Positions 1 to 10,716 of a DNA stretch of 64,000 nucleotides are shown piece after piece. The position numbers and the translations under genes were made by a program. The notes below the pieces were generated by a model that ran no database searches, was not told where the DNA came from, and worked only from the letters and a program-made list of their open reading frames with translations. Within the stretch, counting starts at the first letter, position 1. Each line of letters starts with the position of its first letter. Source of the stretch: Sedimentisphaerales bacterium (lineage in GTDB: Bacteria; Planctomycetota; Phycisphaerae; Sedimentisphaerales; SM23-30); contig CAXXFK010000007.1 in assembly GCA_963663965.2 (NCBI GenBank), positions 15,564 through 79,563 of the forward strand. The letters run 5' to 3'.

Positions 1-590
1 GGCGTTTGGCATTAATTGACGGGACTTTGAGTAAAGCGGACCTGCCTGAAAGTGAAGATGGTACTACCAGTGTTATCGTTCCGGTTAAGGTTATGCATAC
101 GATTGAAAAGGCATTGATGGATCCGGAAGAGAAGGTCCAGTTGCATTTTACCGATAAAAAGGTCACCTTTTCCAACTCTATGGTAAAGATTGCCGCCAAT
201 CTGGTTCAGGGGCGGTATCCCAATTATGAGGAAGTCATTCCGAAAGGCGCTCAGAACAAGGCGACCATATCAACAGAGTCATTTTTGAGCGCGATCCGAC
301 AGGTGGCATTGTTGGTAAACGAGAGTTCGCGTGGCGTGAAACTTGAATTCACCGCAAACAAGATTCATTTAAGTTCCAGTACTCCGGAAGCGGGTAACGC
401 GGAAGTGGATATTGAAATTCAATATAGTGACAATGATATTATCATAGGTTTCAATCCGGATTTTGTCACGGATGTATTACGTGTCATTGAGGAACCGGAG
501 TTGGTGCTGGAAATGATCGATGGAAACCGGCCGGGTCTGATCCGGGTGGGCAAGGAGTATCAATATGTAATCATGCCGGTCAATGTTTAG
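1..590 (+). CDS. dnaN: DNA polymerase III beta sliding clamp, C-terminal part (5' end is upstream of the window)
   Basis: The frame is open to the window edge. Translated motifs GRYPNYEEVIP, IGFNPDFVTDVL and NRPGLI...MPV are typical of beta-clamp domains II-III. Synteny with the DUF721 gene and gyrB. TAG stop at 588-590. Confidence 0.85.
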   Translation, partial: RLALIDGTLSKADLPESEDGTTSVIVPVKVMHTIEKALMDPEEKVQLHFTDKKVTFSNSMVKIAANLVQGRYPNYEEVIPKGAQNKATISTESFLSAIRQVALLVNESSRGVKLEFTANKIHLSSSTPEAGNAEVDIEIQYSDNDIIIGFNPDFVTDVLRVIEEPELVLEMIDGNRPGLIRVGKEYQYVIMPVNV

Positions 591-672
591 ATTGAGTGAG
601 GCTGTTATCGTGAATGGTGGAATTGCCAGGCACTTGAATCCAATGACCAGATAGTATCCGGCATCCGGAAAT

Positions 673-1119
673 ATGAACGATAAACCAGAGAAGAAGTTGA
701 GCTATAAATCGAAGTCGTATTACTGGGAAGAGGCGCGACTGCGATCGATCGGGCAACGGGGCAAGGTAAAAGTCGCAGGTCTAAAGGTTGGGAAACTGGT
801 CCAGCAGTTCTGGGTCAAGAAGGTGGCGCCGTTGCAGAAGAAATTTGGCCAGCTGGCGCAGGCCTGGGAAGAGTTGTTGCCCGATGAATTGCGTCGACAC
901 AGTTGTCTGGATACCTTTCAGCGAGGGGTATTAAGAGTACTGGTGGATAGCGACGCGCATTATTATGAATTAAATCTGATAATAAGAGAGGGTTTGGTTG
1001 ATCGTGTCCGGGCATTGTGTCCGAGGCTATCGATTCGAGAGATCCGGCTGGTCCGGGGCACCTGGTATCAGAGGGACGAGGAGGGAAATCTGACCGTAAG
1101 TTTATACCGTGATAAGTAA
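673..1119 (+). CDS. DUF721 / DciA-like protein
   Basis: 148 aa. The segment W..LLPDELRRHSCLDTFQRGVLRVLVDSDAHYYELNL...IREIRLV matches the DUF721 pattern. It sits between dnaN and gyrB, where DUF721/dciA genes usually lie. Confidence 0.6.
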   Translation: MNDKPEKKLSYKSKSYYWEEARLRSIGQRGKVKVAGLKVGKLVQQFWVKKVAPLQKKFGQLAQAWEELLPDELRRHSCLDTFQRGVLRVLVDSDAHYYELNLIIREGLVDRVRALCPRLSIREIRLVRGTWYQRDEEGNLTVSLYRDK

Positions 1120-1134
1120 GACAAAAAGATTTAG

Positions 1135-3615
<2,481 letters not shown>

Positions 3616-3641
3616 AAGAATAATTAACAAGTTATCAACGG

Positions 3642-3675
3642 GGACGGACTGATTAGTTCGTCCTTTTGTTTTTTG
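3642..3675 (+). terminator. Rho-independent terminator after gyrB
   Basis: 8-bp stem (3642-3649 pairs with 3656-3663, one G-U), 6-nt loop, then TTTTGTTTTTT. Confidence 0.75.
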
Positions 3676-3769
3676 TGTCATAATTCAGGATGTTTCAACA
3701 TTCATCTGATAGCGATCTGATTTCGATTTCATTGTAGATAGAATCAATAATCAATAAGGGAGTACCGTC

Positions 3770-6229
3770 ATGAAATTCAAATTACTGGCAGTGGTTTTAA
3801 TGATTACTTGGGTCGCGTCGGCGGAGGTGTCCGTGGTCGGTCCTGACCTAATTAAAGGGCCGGGGGGGCATTATGTCAATAACCGCGCTCCGCTGGAACC
3901 ATTGACTTTTATTCCGTTACCTCCCGGCGCCGTCAAGCCTGCCGGCTGGCTGGGAAAAAAAATCAGGTTACAGGCGGATGGTTTTCATGGGCACTTGACG
4001 GAGATCAGTCGTTTTTTAAAGAAAGAGAAAAATGCTTGGTTAAGTCAGACCGGTGAGGGTGAATATGGCTGGGAAGAAGTGCCTTACTGGCTCAAGGGAT
4101 TTTCCAATGCAGCCTGGGTATTGAATGATGAGTCAATGAAAAAGGAAGCGATGATCTGGATCGAGGGCGCTTTAGATAGTCAACAACCGGATGGCTGGTT
4201 TGGGCCTGATAAGGGGCGAACGGGGCTGGCGACCAATTTAAAAGGGCGTGAAGATTTGTGGCCCAATGCCATTATGTTGTTTTGCCTGCAGGATTATTAC
4301 GATTTCAGCGGTGATTCACGCGTGATCGAATTGATGAAAAAATATTTTGATTATCTGAAAGCCCTGCCCGAAGAGCAATTCCTGGTGGGTTACTGGCCGA
4401 GTAATCGTGGCGGTGACCTGCTTTACAGTGTAATCTGGTTGTATAATCGAATTGGCGATGAGAGTCTATTGCCGTTATGTCACAAGATTCATCGGCGCAG
4501 TGTCGACTGGGTGAATGGTATTCCCAACTGGCATAATGTCAATATGTCACAATCGTTTGGCGAGCCGGGAACTTATTATCTGGTGTCTCATGAAAAAGAC
4601 CATTTATTTGCCGCGGATCGAAATTATCGCGAGATCCGGACATTGTACGGTCAGGTACCGGGCGGGATGTTCGGGGCGGATGAAAACTGCCGCAAGGGCT
4701 ATGGTGATCCGCGCCAGGCCGTGGAGACCTGTGGAATGGTCGAAATGATGCTGTCATGCGAAATGTTATTGCGTATCTGTGGTGAAGGCAGCTGGGCGGA
4801 TCGTTGTGAAGATGTTGCGTTTAACTCATTGCCGGCGGCACTGACGGCGGACATGAAAGCGTTGCGTTACCTGACCGCTCCCAATATGGTCAAGGGAGAT
4901 AAAGGTTCTAAAAGTCCCGGCATTCAAAATGGCGGTCCGATGTTTCATATGGATCCGCATGATCATCGATGTTGTCAACATAACTTTGGTCACGGCTGGC
5001 CGTACTACGCCCAGAGTCTCTGGGCGGCCACGCCGGATAAAGGGTTGGCGGCGTTGTTTTATAATGCCAGCACAGTTGCGGCAAAAATTGGAGATGGCCG
5101 GACCGTAACAATTCAGCAAAAGACTCATTATCCATTTGACGAGACGATTCAATTAACCATTATCGATTTAAAAGGATCGCACCCATTCCCAATCTATCTG
5201 CGTGTTCCACAATGGTGCCAAGCCCCCGTGCTGAAAATAAATGGCAAGAATCAGGATCTGCCGGCGAATCCAACGGGATATATCAAGATTGCCCGGAATT
5301 GGAAGCAGTCGGATACTGTTGAATTGAAGTTACCTATGGAATTGGCGATTCGCACCTGGGCGGATAATCACAACAGCGTTTCGGTCGATCGTGGCCCGTT
5401 GACGTATTCATTAAAAATTAGGGAAGACTACGTTAATTCGGGAGGTACTGAGCTATGGCCTTCATGGGAGATTTATCCTGAATCGCCCTGGAATTATGGC
5501 CTGATATTGAATCCGGATAAACCGACGGCATCTTTTAAAGTGATTAGAAAAGACTGGCCGGGTAATGATATGCCGTTTACCCACGATGGTTGTCCGATAG
5601 AATTAATCGCCACCGGCCAGCGGATACCGCAATGGCATGAGGATCCGTTGGGTCTGGTTGGATTATTACAGGATTCACCGGTAAAATCGGACGAGCCAAT
5701 CGAATTGATACGGTTGATCCCGATGGGGGCCGCTCGCTTACGAATCGCATCGTTTCCTGTTATCGGGAAGGGGGCTGAGGCAAAGGAGTGGACAGCATCA
5801 CCCCGGCCCATGGCGTGGCGCGCGACGGCGTCTCATTGCTACGCCAATGATTCAGTGAATGCCATGAAAGATGGTTTAATCCCGGCAAATTCAAACGATC
5901 AGAGCATTCCACGCATGACTTTCTGGCCGAAAAAAGGAACTACCGAATGGGTACAATATGATCTTGGGGATGAAAAAGCGATTTCATCCGTTTCTGTATA
6001 CTGGTTCGATGACCGGCCGGCCGGCGGTTGTGCGGTACCGGCGACCTGGAAGGTTCTTTATCAAAAAGGCGACCAGTGGCAGGAGGTATCCAATCCCACC
6101 GTTTACGCCCGCCGTAAGGATATCTTTAACAAGGTGAAATTTGATGCGATAAAGACAACGGCATTACGATTGGAAATAGAGTTACAAAAAGAGTTATCCG
6201 GTGGCATTCTGGAATGGACCATTGAATAA
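3770..6229 (+). CDS. Secreted GH127-family (beta-L-arabinofuranosidase-like, DUF1680) glycoside hydrolase with a C-terminal discoidin/F5-F8-type-C-like domain
   Basis: AAGGGAG SD 7 nt upstream of the ATG. N-terminal signal peptide. AVETCGMVEMM (Glu-x-Cys) and HDHRCCQHNFGHGWPYY (Cys-Cys) match the Zn/catalytic-Cys signature of GH127 HypBA1. The last ~150 aa look like a discoidin-type beta-sandwich. Confidence 0.6.
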   Translation: MKFKLLAVVLMITWVASAEVSVVGPDLIKGPGGHYVNNRAPLEPLTFIPLPPGAVKPAGWLGKKIRLQADGFHGHLTEISRFLKKEKNAWLSQTGEGEYGWEEVPYWLKGFSNAAWVLNDESMKKEAMIWIEGALDSQQPDGWFGPDKGRTGLATNLKGREDLWPNAIMLFCLQDYYDFSGDSRVIELMKKYFDYLKALPEEQFLVGYWPSNRGGDLLYSVIWLYNRIGDESLLPLCHKIHRRSVDWVNGIPNWHNVNMSQSFGEPGTYYLVSHEKDHLFAADRNYREIRTLYGQVPGGMFGADENCRKGYGDPRQAVETCGMVEMMLSCEMLLRICGEGSWADRCEDVAFNSLPAALTADMKALRYLTAPNMVKGDKGSKSPGIQNGGPMFHMDPHDHRCCQHNFGHGWPYYAQSLWAATPDKGLAALFYNASTVAAKIGDGRTVTIQQKTHYPFDETIQLTIIDLKGSHPFPIYLRVPQWCQAPVLKINGKNQDLPANPTGYIKIARNWKQSDTVELKLPMELAIRTWADNHNSVSVDRGPLTYSLKIREDYVNSGGTELWPSWEIYPESPWNYGLILNPDKPTASFKVIRKDWPGNDMPFTHDGCPIELIATGQRIPQWHEDPLGLVGLLQDSPVKSDEPIELIRLIPMGAARLRIASFPVIGKGAEAKEWTASPRPMAWRATASHCYANDSVNAMKDGLIPANSNDQSIPRMTFWPKKGTTEWVQYDLGDEKAISSVSVYWFDDRPAGGCAVPATWKVLYQKGDQWQEVSNPTVYARRKDIFNKVKFDAIKTTALRLEIELQKELSGGILEWTIE

Positions 6230-6255
6230 AGATTGTGTCTACAAGAGATTACAGA

Positions 6256-6289
6256 AAACATCCGTCGTTTTAACCGGCGGATGTTTTTT
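6256..6289 (+). terminator. Rho-independent terminator after the GH127-like gene
   Basis: 12-bp stem (6256-6267 pairs with 6275-6286, one G-U), 7-nt loop; the T run continues through 6289 (TTT after the stem). Confidence 0.8.
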
Positions 6290-6290
6290 A

Positions 6291-6321
6291 TGGAATATTG
6301 GATGGAATATTGGATGGATGG
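6291..6321. repeat. Short tandem repeat, TGGAATATTGGA x2 plus a partial third unit
   Basis: Read directly: TGGAATATTGGA at 6291-6302 and 6303-6314, then TGGATGG. Confidence 0.8.
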
Positions 6322-6400
6322 TAATAAACAGATCATTCCGCGAGTTTATCTGACAGCTGTTTTTGGGTATAATAACCTTTGATTTATAAAGGATGACGCA

Positions 6401-8602
6401 ATGAAAACGAACCAACAGACAACCCGTCGTAATTTTCTGAAGGCAGCCGGATTGGGGATGACCGGTGTTATGATGGGTTCTGTGGGTTGTCGTGGAATGA
6501 TTGGCAAACAAAAGAAGCGCCAACCCAATATTCTACTGATCATGTCGGATGATATGGGATTTTCAGATATCGGTTGTTATGGCAGTGAAATACATACTCC
6601 GACATTGAATACCCTAGCGGCGAATGGATTGCGATTTACACAGTTTTATAATACGGCGCGTTGTTGTCCAACCCGGGCCAGTCTGATGACGGGGCTTTAC
6701 TCTCATCAGGCCGGGATGGGCCATATGACCAGTGATTCGGGCCAAGTTGGTTATCGGGGTGATTTGAATCAAAATTGCGTGACGATAGCGGAAGTGATGC
6801 AACTGGCGGGCTATCGCACTTATATGACCGGAAAGTGGCATGTGACGCGCTTTGACGGTCCGGAAGATTCCAATCATAACTGGCCCTGTCAACGTGGATT
6901 TGACCGATTTTATGGTACGATCAAAGGCGGGGGCAATTTTTACGATCCAACATCTTTGTGCCGTGACAATACATTCATTACACCTGAGAATGATTCTGAA
7001 TACGAGCCGGAGATTTATTATTATACCAATGCGATCAGTGATAACGCCACGCGTTATGTAAAAGACCATTTTGAGCAGACCCCGAATCGTCCGTTTTTTA
7101 TGTATGTGGCTTATACCTCGGCACACTGGCCCATGCATGCGCTTCCGGAGGACATCGCCAAATATCATGGTGTTTATGATGAGGGTTATGAGGCGATTCG
7201 AAAAGCTCGTTTTGACCGGCTCAAACGGATGGGATTGATTGATCCGGATTGGGAATTAAGCGAGCAGGCCGGTGACTGGGACAAGGTTGAGCATAAAGAA
7301 TGGGAAGCACGGTGTATGGAAGTGTATGCGGCGATGATCGATTGTATGGACCGTGGCATCGGTCGGATTGTTGAGCAGCTTCGTCGTTCGGGCCAGTTGG
7401 ACAATACCCTGATCTTCTTTTTACAGGACAATGGCGGCTGTGCGGAGGATATGGGGCGCAGCGATCATAAAAACTGGCGCGAATTCAAAGCGCACAAAAT
7501 GGCGCCGGATGAGTTGCAACCCAGTGTCTGGCCTCCGATGACGACCCGTGACGGCCGGGCCGTACTGGGAGGCCCCTCGGTGATGCCGGGACCGGCGGAT
7601 ACTTATATTGGTTACGGCGAGAACTGGGCCAATGTATCCAATACGCCGTTTCGTCTGTACAAACACTGGGAACATGAAGGTGGCGTGTCTACTCCGTTGA
7701 TTATTCACTGGCCAGCCGGCGTGGACCGTAAAGGTGAGTTGGTTAAAGAGCCCGGCCACCTGATTGATATTATGGCGACCTGTGTCGATGTCTCCGGCGC
7801 GGACTATCCGGTTGAATATCATGGAAACAACATAAAACCCATGGAAGGCCTGAGCCTGCGGCCGGCGTTTGCTAGTCAGCCGCTCAACCGGACAGCGATT
7901 TATTTTGAACATGAAGGCAATCGAGCCATCCGAAAAGGCAAATGGAAGCTGGTGGCCAAAGGCGCGGACGGACCATGGGAATTGTATGATATGGAAAAAG
8001 ATCGTACTGAAATGCATGACCTTAAAAGTCAATATCCACAAGTTGCAACCGATCTGGAGGCTATGTGGAAGGTGTGGGCTGAACGCGCGGACGTTTTACC
8101 ATTGACACCCTATTGGAGTTCTAATCAAACGCTAAGTAAAAAGAAGAATTTTACCTTCAGATCAGGCGATGATATTCCTCGTGAGCAGGCCCCCAATATT
8201 GCCGGTAAGTCCTTTACTTTTACTGTGAACTTTGATCAATTTGGAGGTGATGGTGTTATTATTGCGCAAGGCGGTTCGGCGGAGGGCTACGCGCTGTTTA
8301 TTCAGGGTGGAGTATTGTGTTTTGTAACGCGTCATGGCGGAAAAGAAACGCTGCTGAAGGACACGAGTGTCGGTACAGATAGTCTTGAGAGTATGATTTG
8401 TACTCTGGATCGAAAGGGCGCGGTGCAAGTGACAGGTGGAAATCGAACGCTGCTGAGCGGTAACGTTCCGGGACCACTGGAGAAAATGCCGGTTGATGGG
8501 CTTCAGATCGGACGTGATTTAAAAGGAACTGTCGGGCCCTATCAAGCCCCGTTTGCCTATGAGGGTAATATCAAAACAGTGGTTTTCAAAATTCTGGATT
8601 AA
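6401..8602 (+). CDS. Tat-exported formylglycine-dependent sulfatase (arylsulfatase family) with a C-terminal LamG/concanavalin-like domain
   Basis: Twin-arginine signal TRRNFLKAAGLG. Sulfatase signature CCPTRASLMTG (C-x-P-x-R at 6662-6676) and LIMSDDMG. The C-terminal ~170 aa are LamG-like. Confidence 0.9.
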   Translation: MKTNQQTTRRNFLKAAGLGMTGVMMGSVGCRGMIGKQKKRQPNILLIMSDDMGFSDIGCYGSEIHTPTLNTLAANGLRFTQFYNTARCCPTRASLMTGLYSHQAGMGHMTSDSGQVGYRGDLNQNCVTIAEVMQLAGYRTYMTGKWHVTRFDGPEDSNHNWPCQRGFDRFYGTIKGGGNFYDPTSLCRDNTFITPENDSEYEPEIYYYTNAISDNATRYVKDHFEQTPNRPFFMYVAYTSAHWPMHALPEDIAKYHGVYDEGYEAIRKARFDRLKRMGLIDPDWELSEQAGDWDKVEHKEWEARCMEVYAAMIDCMDRGIGRIVEQLRRSGQLDNTLIFFLQDNGGCAEDMGRSDHKNWREFKAHKMAPDELQPSVWPPMTTRDGRAVLGGPSVMPGPADTYIGYGENWANVSNTPFRLYKHWEHEGGVSTPLIIHWPAGVDRKGELVKEPGHLIDIMATCVDVSGADYPVEYHGNNIKPMEGLSLRPAFASQPLNRTAIYFEHEGNRAIRKGKWKLVAKGADGPWELYDMEKDRTEMHDLKSQYPQVATDLEAMWKVWAERADVLPLTPYWSSNQTLSKKKNFTFRSGDDIPREQAPNIAGKSFTFTVNFDQFGGDGVIIAQGGSAEGYALFIQGGVLCFVTRHGGKETLLKDTSVGTDSLESMICTLDRKGAVQVTGGNRTLLSGNVPGPLEKMPVDGLQIGRDLKGTVGPYQAPFAYEGNIKTVVFKILD

Positions 8603-9570
8603 CCTTTAAGCCCCGAGGCTTTAAAGAAGGTATAGCAAAAGACGCCATCTTCTTCTGAGGTGCGATAAAGATCTGTAACGCCGCGATCAAAATCCTCAGC
8701 CGACATAAGATTATGTTCGAGCACTTCGCGGCGAACATTGGCGATCATGGCGCTGAAGGTTTTTCTTGTGAAACCATCGACCAGTTGGGGTTTACTGTTA
8801 TCCACATAAACCATGCGCGGCGAGACGCGGACCTGCTTAAGTCCCAGGCGAGTCAGCATTGGGAAAAGCTCGCGGCCAATCAGGGCATTGCCGCCAGAAC
8901 TGGCTTGCAGATCGACCAGCGCCTGGATCGCCCGCCGGGCATAATCGCTTTCGGGATAGAAAAAAGTTGAACCATGATCGCCTTCGATCATGGTAATGGT
9001 GCCGCCGGGTTTTAAAACATGGATCAGGTGTTGAAGGGCTTTTTCGGGTTCGGGCAGATGTTCCAGCACAAAACATAAAAAGACATGATCAAAATCAGAT
9101 TCCAAAAAAGGCAGGTTAAAAATATCGGCCTGTTGAAATTGGACATTAATCAGTCCGGCATGACGAATGGTTTGTTCGGCCTGGCCTAGGGAAGATTTAG
9201 AAATATCGATGCTGACCAGTTGGGATTGTGGATTTTTTCCGGCCAGAGTAATCGTCTGGGCGCCCACGCCACAACCCGCCTCTAATACCCGGCTGCCGGG
9301 TTCAAAAAGGGTATCATGGTGTAAAAGCTCAACCAGGGTCTGGGCCTGATCATATAAACGCGCGTTTTCGTCCGGGGAATAACCATGCACATAACTGCGG
9401 TGTTGTCGGCTGTCAGCCACCCATTGATCGATGGTTTCGCGGTCGAACCGCCACTGACTGCCGATTTTGCTGGCCGGGATACGGTTCTGTCGGGCTAGTT
9501 GATAGAGTTTCGTCCGGCTCATCTGTAAATAGTCGGCCAGTTCGTCCAGAGTTAACCATTTGTTTGCCAT
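8599..9570 (-). CDS. Fusion protein: excisionase/MerR-type HTH DNA-binding domain plus class I SAM-dependent methyltransferase
   Basis: I place the start at ATG 9570, with AGGAA SD 7 nt upstream. N-terminus WLTLDELADYLQMSRTKLYQLARQNRIPASKIGSQWRF is an excisionase-family HTH. VLEAGCGVGAQT...LKPGGTI are SAM-MTase motifs I and post-I. Confidence 0.75.
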   Translation of the reverse strand: MANKWLTLDELADYLQMSRTKLYQLARQNRIPASKIGSQWRFDRETIDQWVADSRQHRSYVHGYSPDENARLYDQAQTLVELLHHDTLFEPGSRVLEAGCGVGAQTITLAGKNPQSQLVSIDISKSSLGQAEQTIRHAGLINVQFQQADIFNLPFLESDFDHVFLCFVLEHLPEPEKALQHLIHVLKPGGTITMIEGDHGSTFFYPESDYARRAIQALVDLQASSGGNALIGRELFPMLTRLGLKQVRVSPRMVYVDNSKPQLVDGFTRKTFSAMIANVRREVLEHNLMSAEDFDRGVTDLYRTSEEDGVFCYTFFKASGLKG

Positions 9571-9749
9571 GATATTATTCCTAATGACATATATTGAATG
9601 ATAATTAATAACAATATATGATAACAAATGATAATAAAATAAAAAAATGGAAATTTAATTTTATTACCGGTATAACCACATTAATTGTGTTCTTATTTAT
9701 ATCTAATAATATCAAAAATTATACAAATAACAAAATTATGAGGCAAGTG

Positions 9750-10694
9750 ATGGAATTTAAGTTAGTTAAGGAATTAAAAAAAGCGAATCGGATTCTGTTG
9801 GCTGGAGCCGGAGGTGGATTTGATATTTTTTGTGGTTTACCGCTTTACTTTTATCTGAAGGATTGTGGTAAAGAGGTCTGGCTGGCAAATTTGTCATTTA
9901 CGGATTTGTATAAAGTTTCTGGTCGAGAGATAACAAAGGCTGCTGTTATGGTTAATGCTGATACTCAGGGCCCCGGATGTTATTTTCCGGAGAAATACCT
10001 ATGTCAATGGTTTCGTCAACAGGGTGAAGAAATAGAGATGTGTTGTTTTCATAGAACAGGACCAATTCGAATTCTGCAGGCGTATGAAAAGCTATGTTCT
10101 GAATTGTCTATAGATTGTATCTGTCTGATTGATGGAGGAACTGATAGTTTAATGAGGGGAGATGAAACAGGACTGGGAACACCACAAGAAGACATCGCCA
10201 GCATTTCGGCGGTGAATTCTTTGGAAATTTCCAGAAAATTTCTGGTATGTATTGGTTTTGGTGTGGATGCGTATCATGGAGTCAGTCATTTTCAGTTTCT
10301 TGAAGCGGTTGCAGATCTGACGAAAAATGGACATTATCTGGGTGCACATTCCTTGCTGCCCGATATGCCAATAGTTGAAAAATATAAAGAAGCCTATTAT
10401 TTTGTTCAGAATAAAATGCCATCCCGTCCGAGCATTGTATCGACTTCTGTTCTCTCTGCGATCGAGGGGCAGTACGGTGATTATCACGTTACCGACCGAA
10501 CACATGGAAGCACGCTCTGGATTAATCCAATCATGAGTCTCTATTGGGGATTCCGGCTAAAAGGGGTTGCAGAAAGATGTCTTTATTTAGATCGGATTAA
10601 AGACGCACTCACCTACGCAGAGTTGACAATGTTAATAGAACAATTTCGAGAGGAACTTCATGTGATTCGATCATGGAATTCTATTCCGGTTTGA
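9750..10694 (+). CDS. Uncharacterised protein, DUF1152-like (family assignment by eye)
   Basis: GAGG SD 6 nt before ATG 9750. Gly-rich loop LLAGAGGGFDIF and IDGGTDSLMRGDE. The gene is visibly more A/T-rich than its neighbours. The upstream extension to 9618 is Asn/Lys/Ile-rich and probably non-coding. Confidence 0.5.
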   Translation: MEFKLVKELKKANRILLAGAGGGFDIFCGLPLYFYLKDCGKEVWLANLSFTDLYKVSGREITKAAVMVNADTQGPGCYFPEKYLCQWFRQQGEEIEMCCFHRTGPIRILQAYEKLCSELSIDCICLIDGGTDSLMRGDETGLGTPQEDIASISAVNSLEISRKFLVCIGFGVDAYHGVSHFQFLEAVADLTKNGHYLGAHSLLPDMPIVEKYKEAYYFVQNKMPSRPSIVSTSVLSAIEGQYGDYHVTDRTHGSTLWINPIMSLYWGFRLKGVAERCLYLDRIKDALTYAELTMLIEQFREELHVIRSWNSIPV

Positions 10695-10716
10695 TCTCGA
10701 TAAGATCATTAGAAGG

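Noticed and set aside
8798-8806. Perfect DnaA-box 9-mers TTATCCACA at 8798-8806 and 12770-12778, as a possible oriC near dnaN and gyrB.
   Set aside because: Both lie inside coding sequences 4 kb apart. There is no cluster and no adjacent A/T-rich unwinding element. About 0.5 occurrences are expected by chance in this window. oriC is more likely upstream of the window, near dnaA.
9618-9749. The N-terminal extension of the DUF1152-like ORF (MITNDNKIKKWKFNF...), which would add a TM helix.
   Set aside because: It is the translation of an extremely A/T-rich spacer (Asn/Lys/Ile-rich). The ATG at 9618 is itself one of the ATGATAA repeats. A GAGG SD supports the start at 9750 instead.
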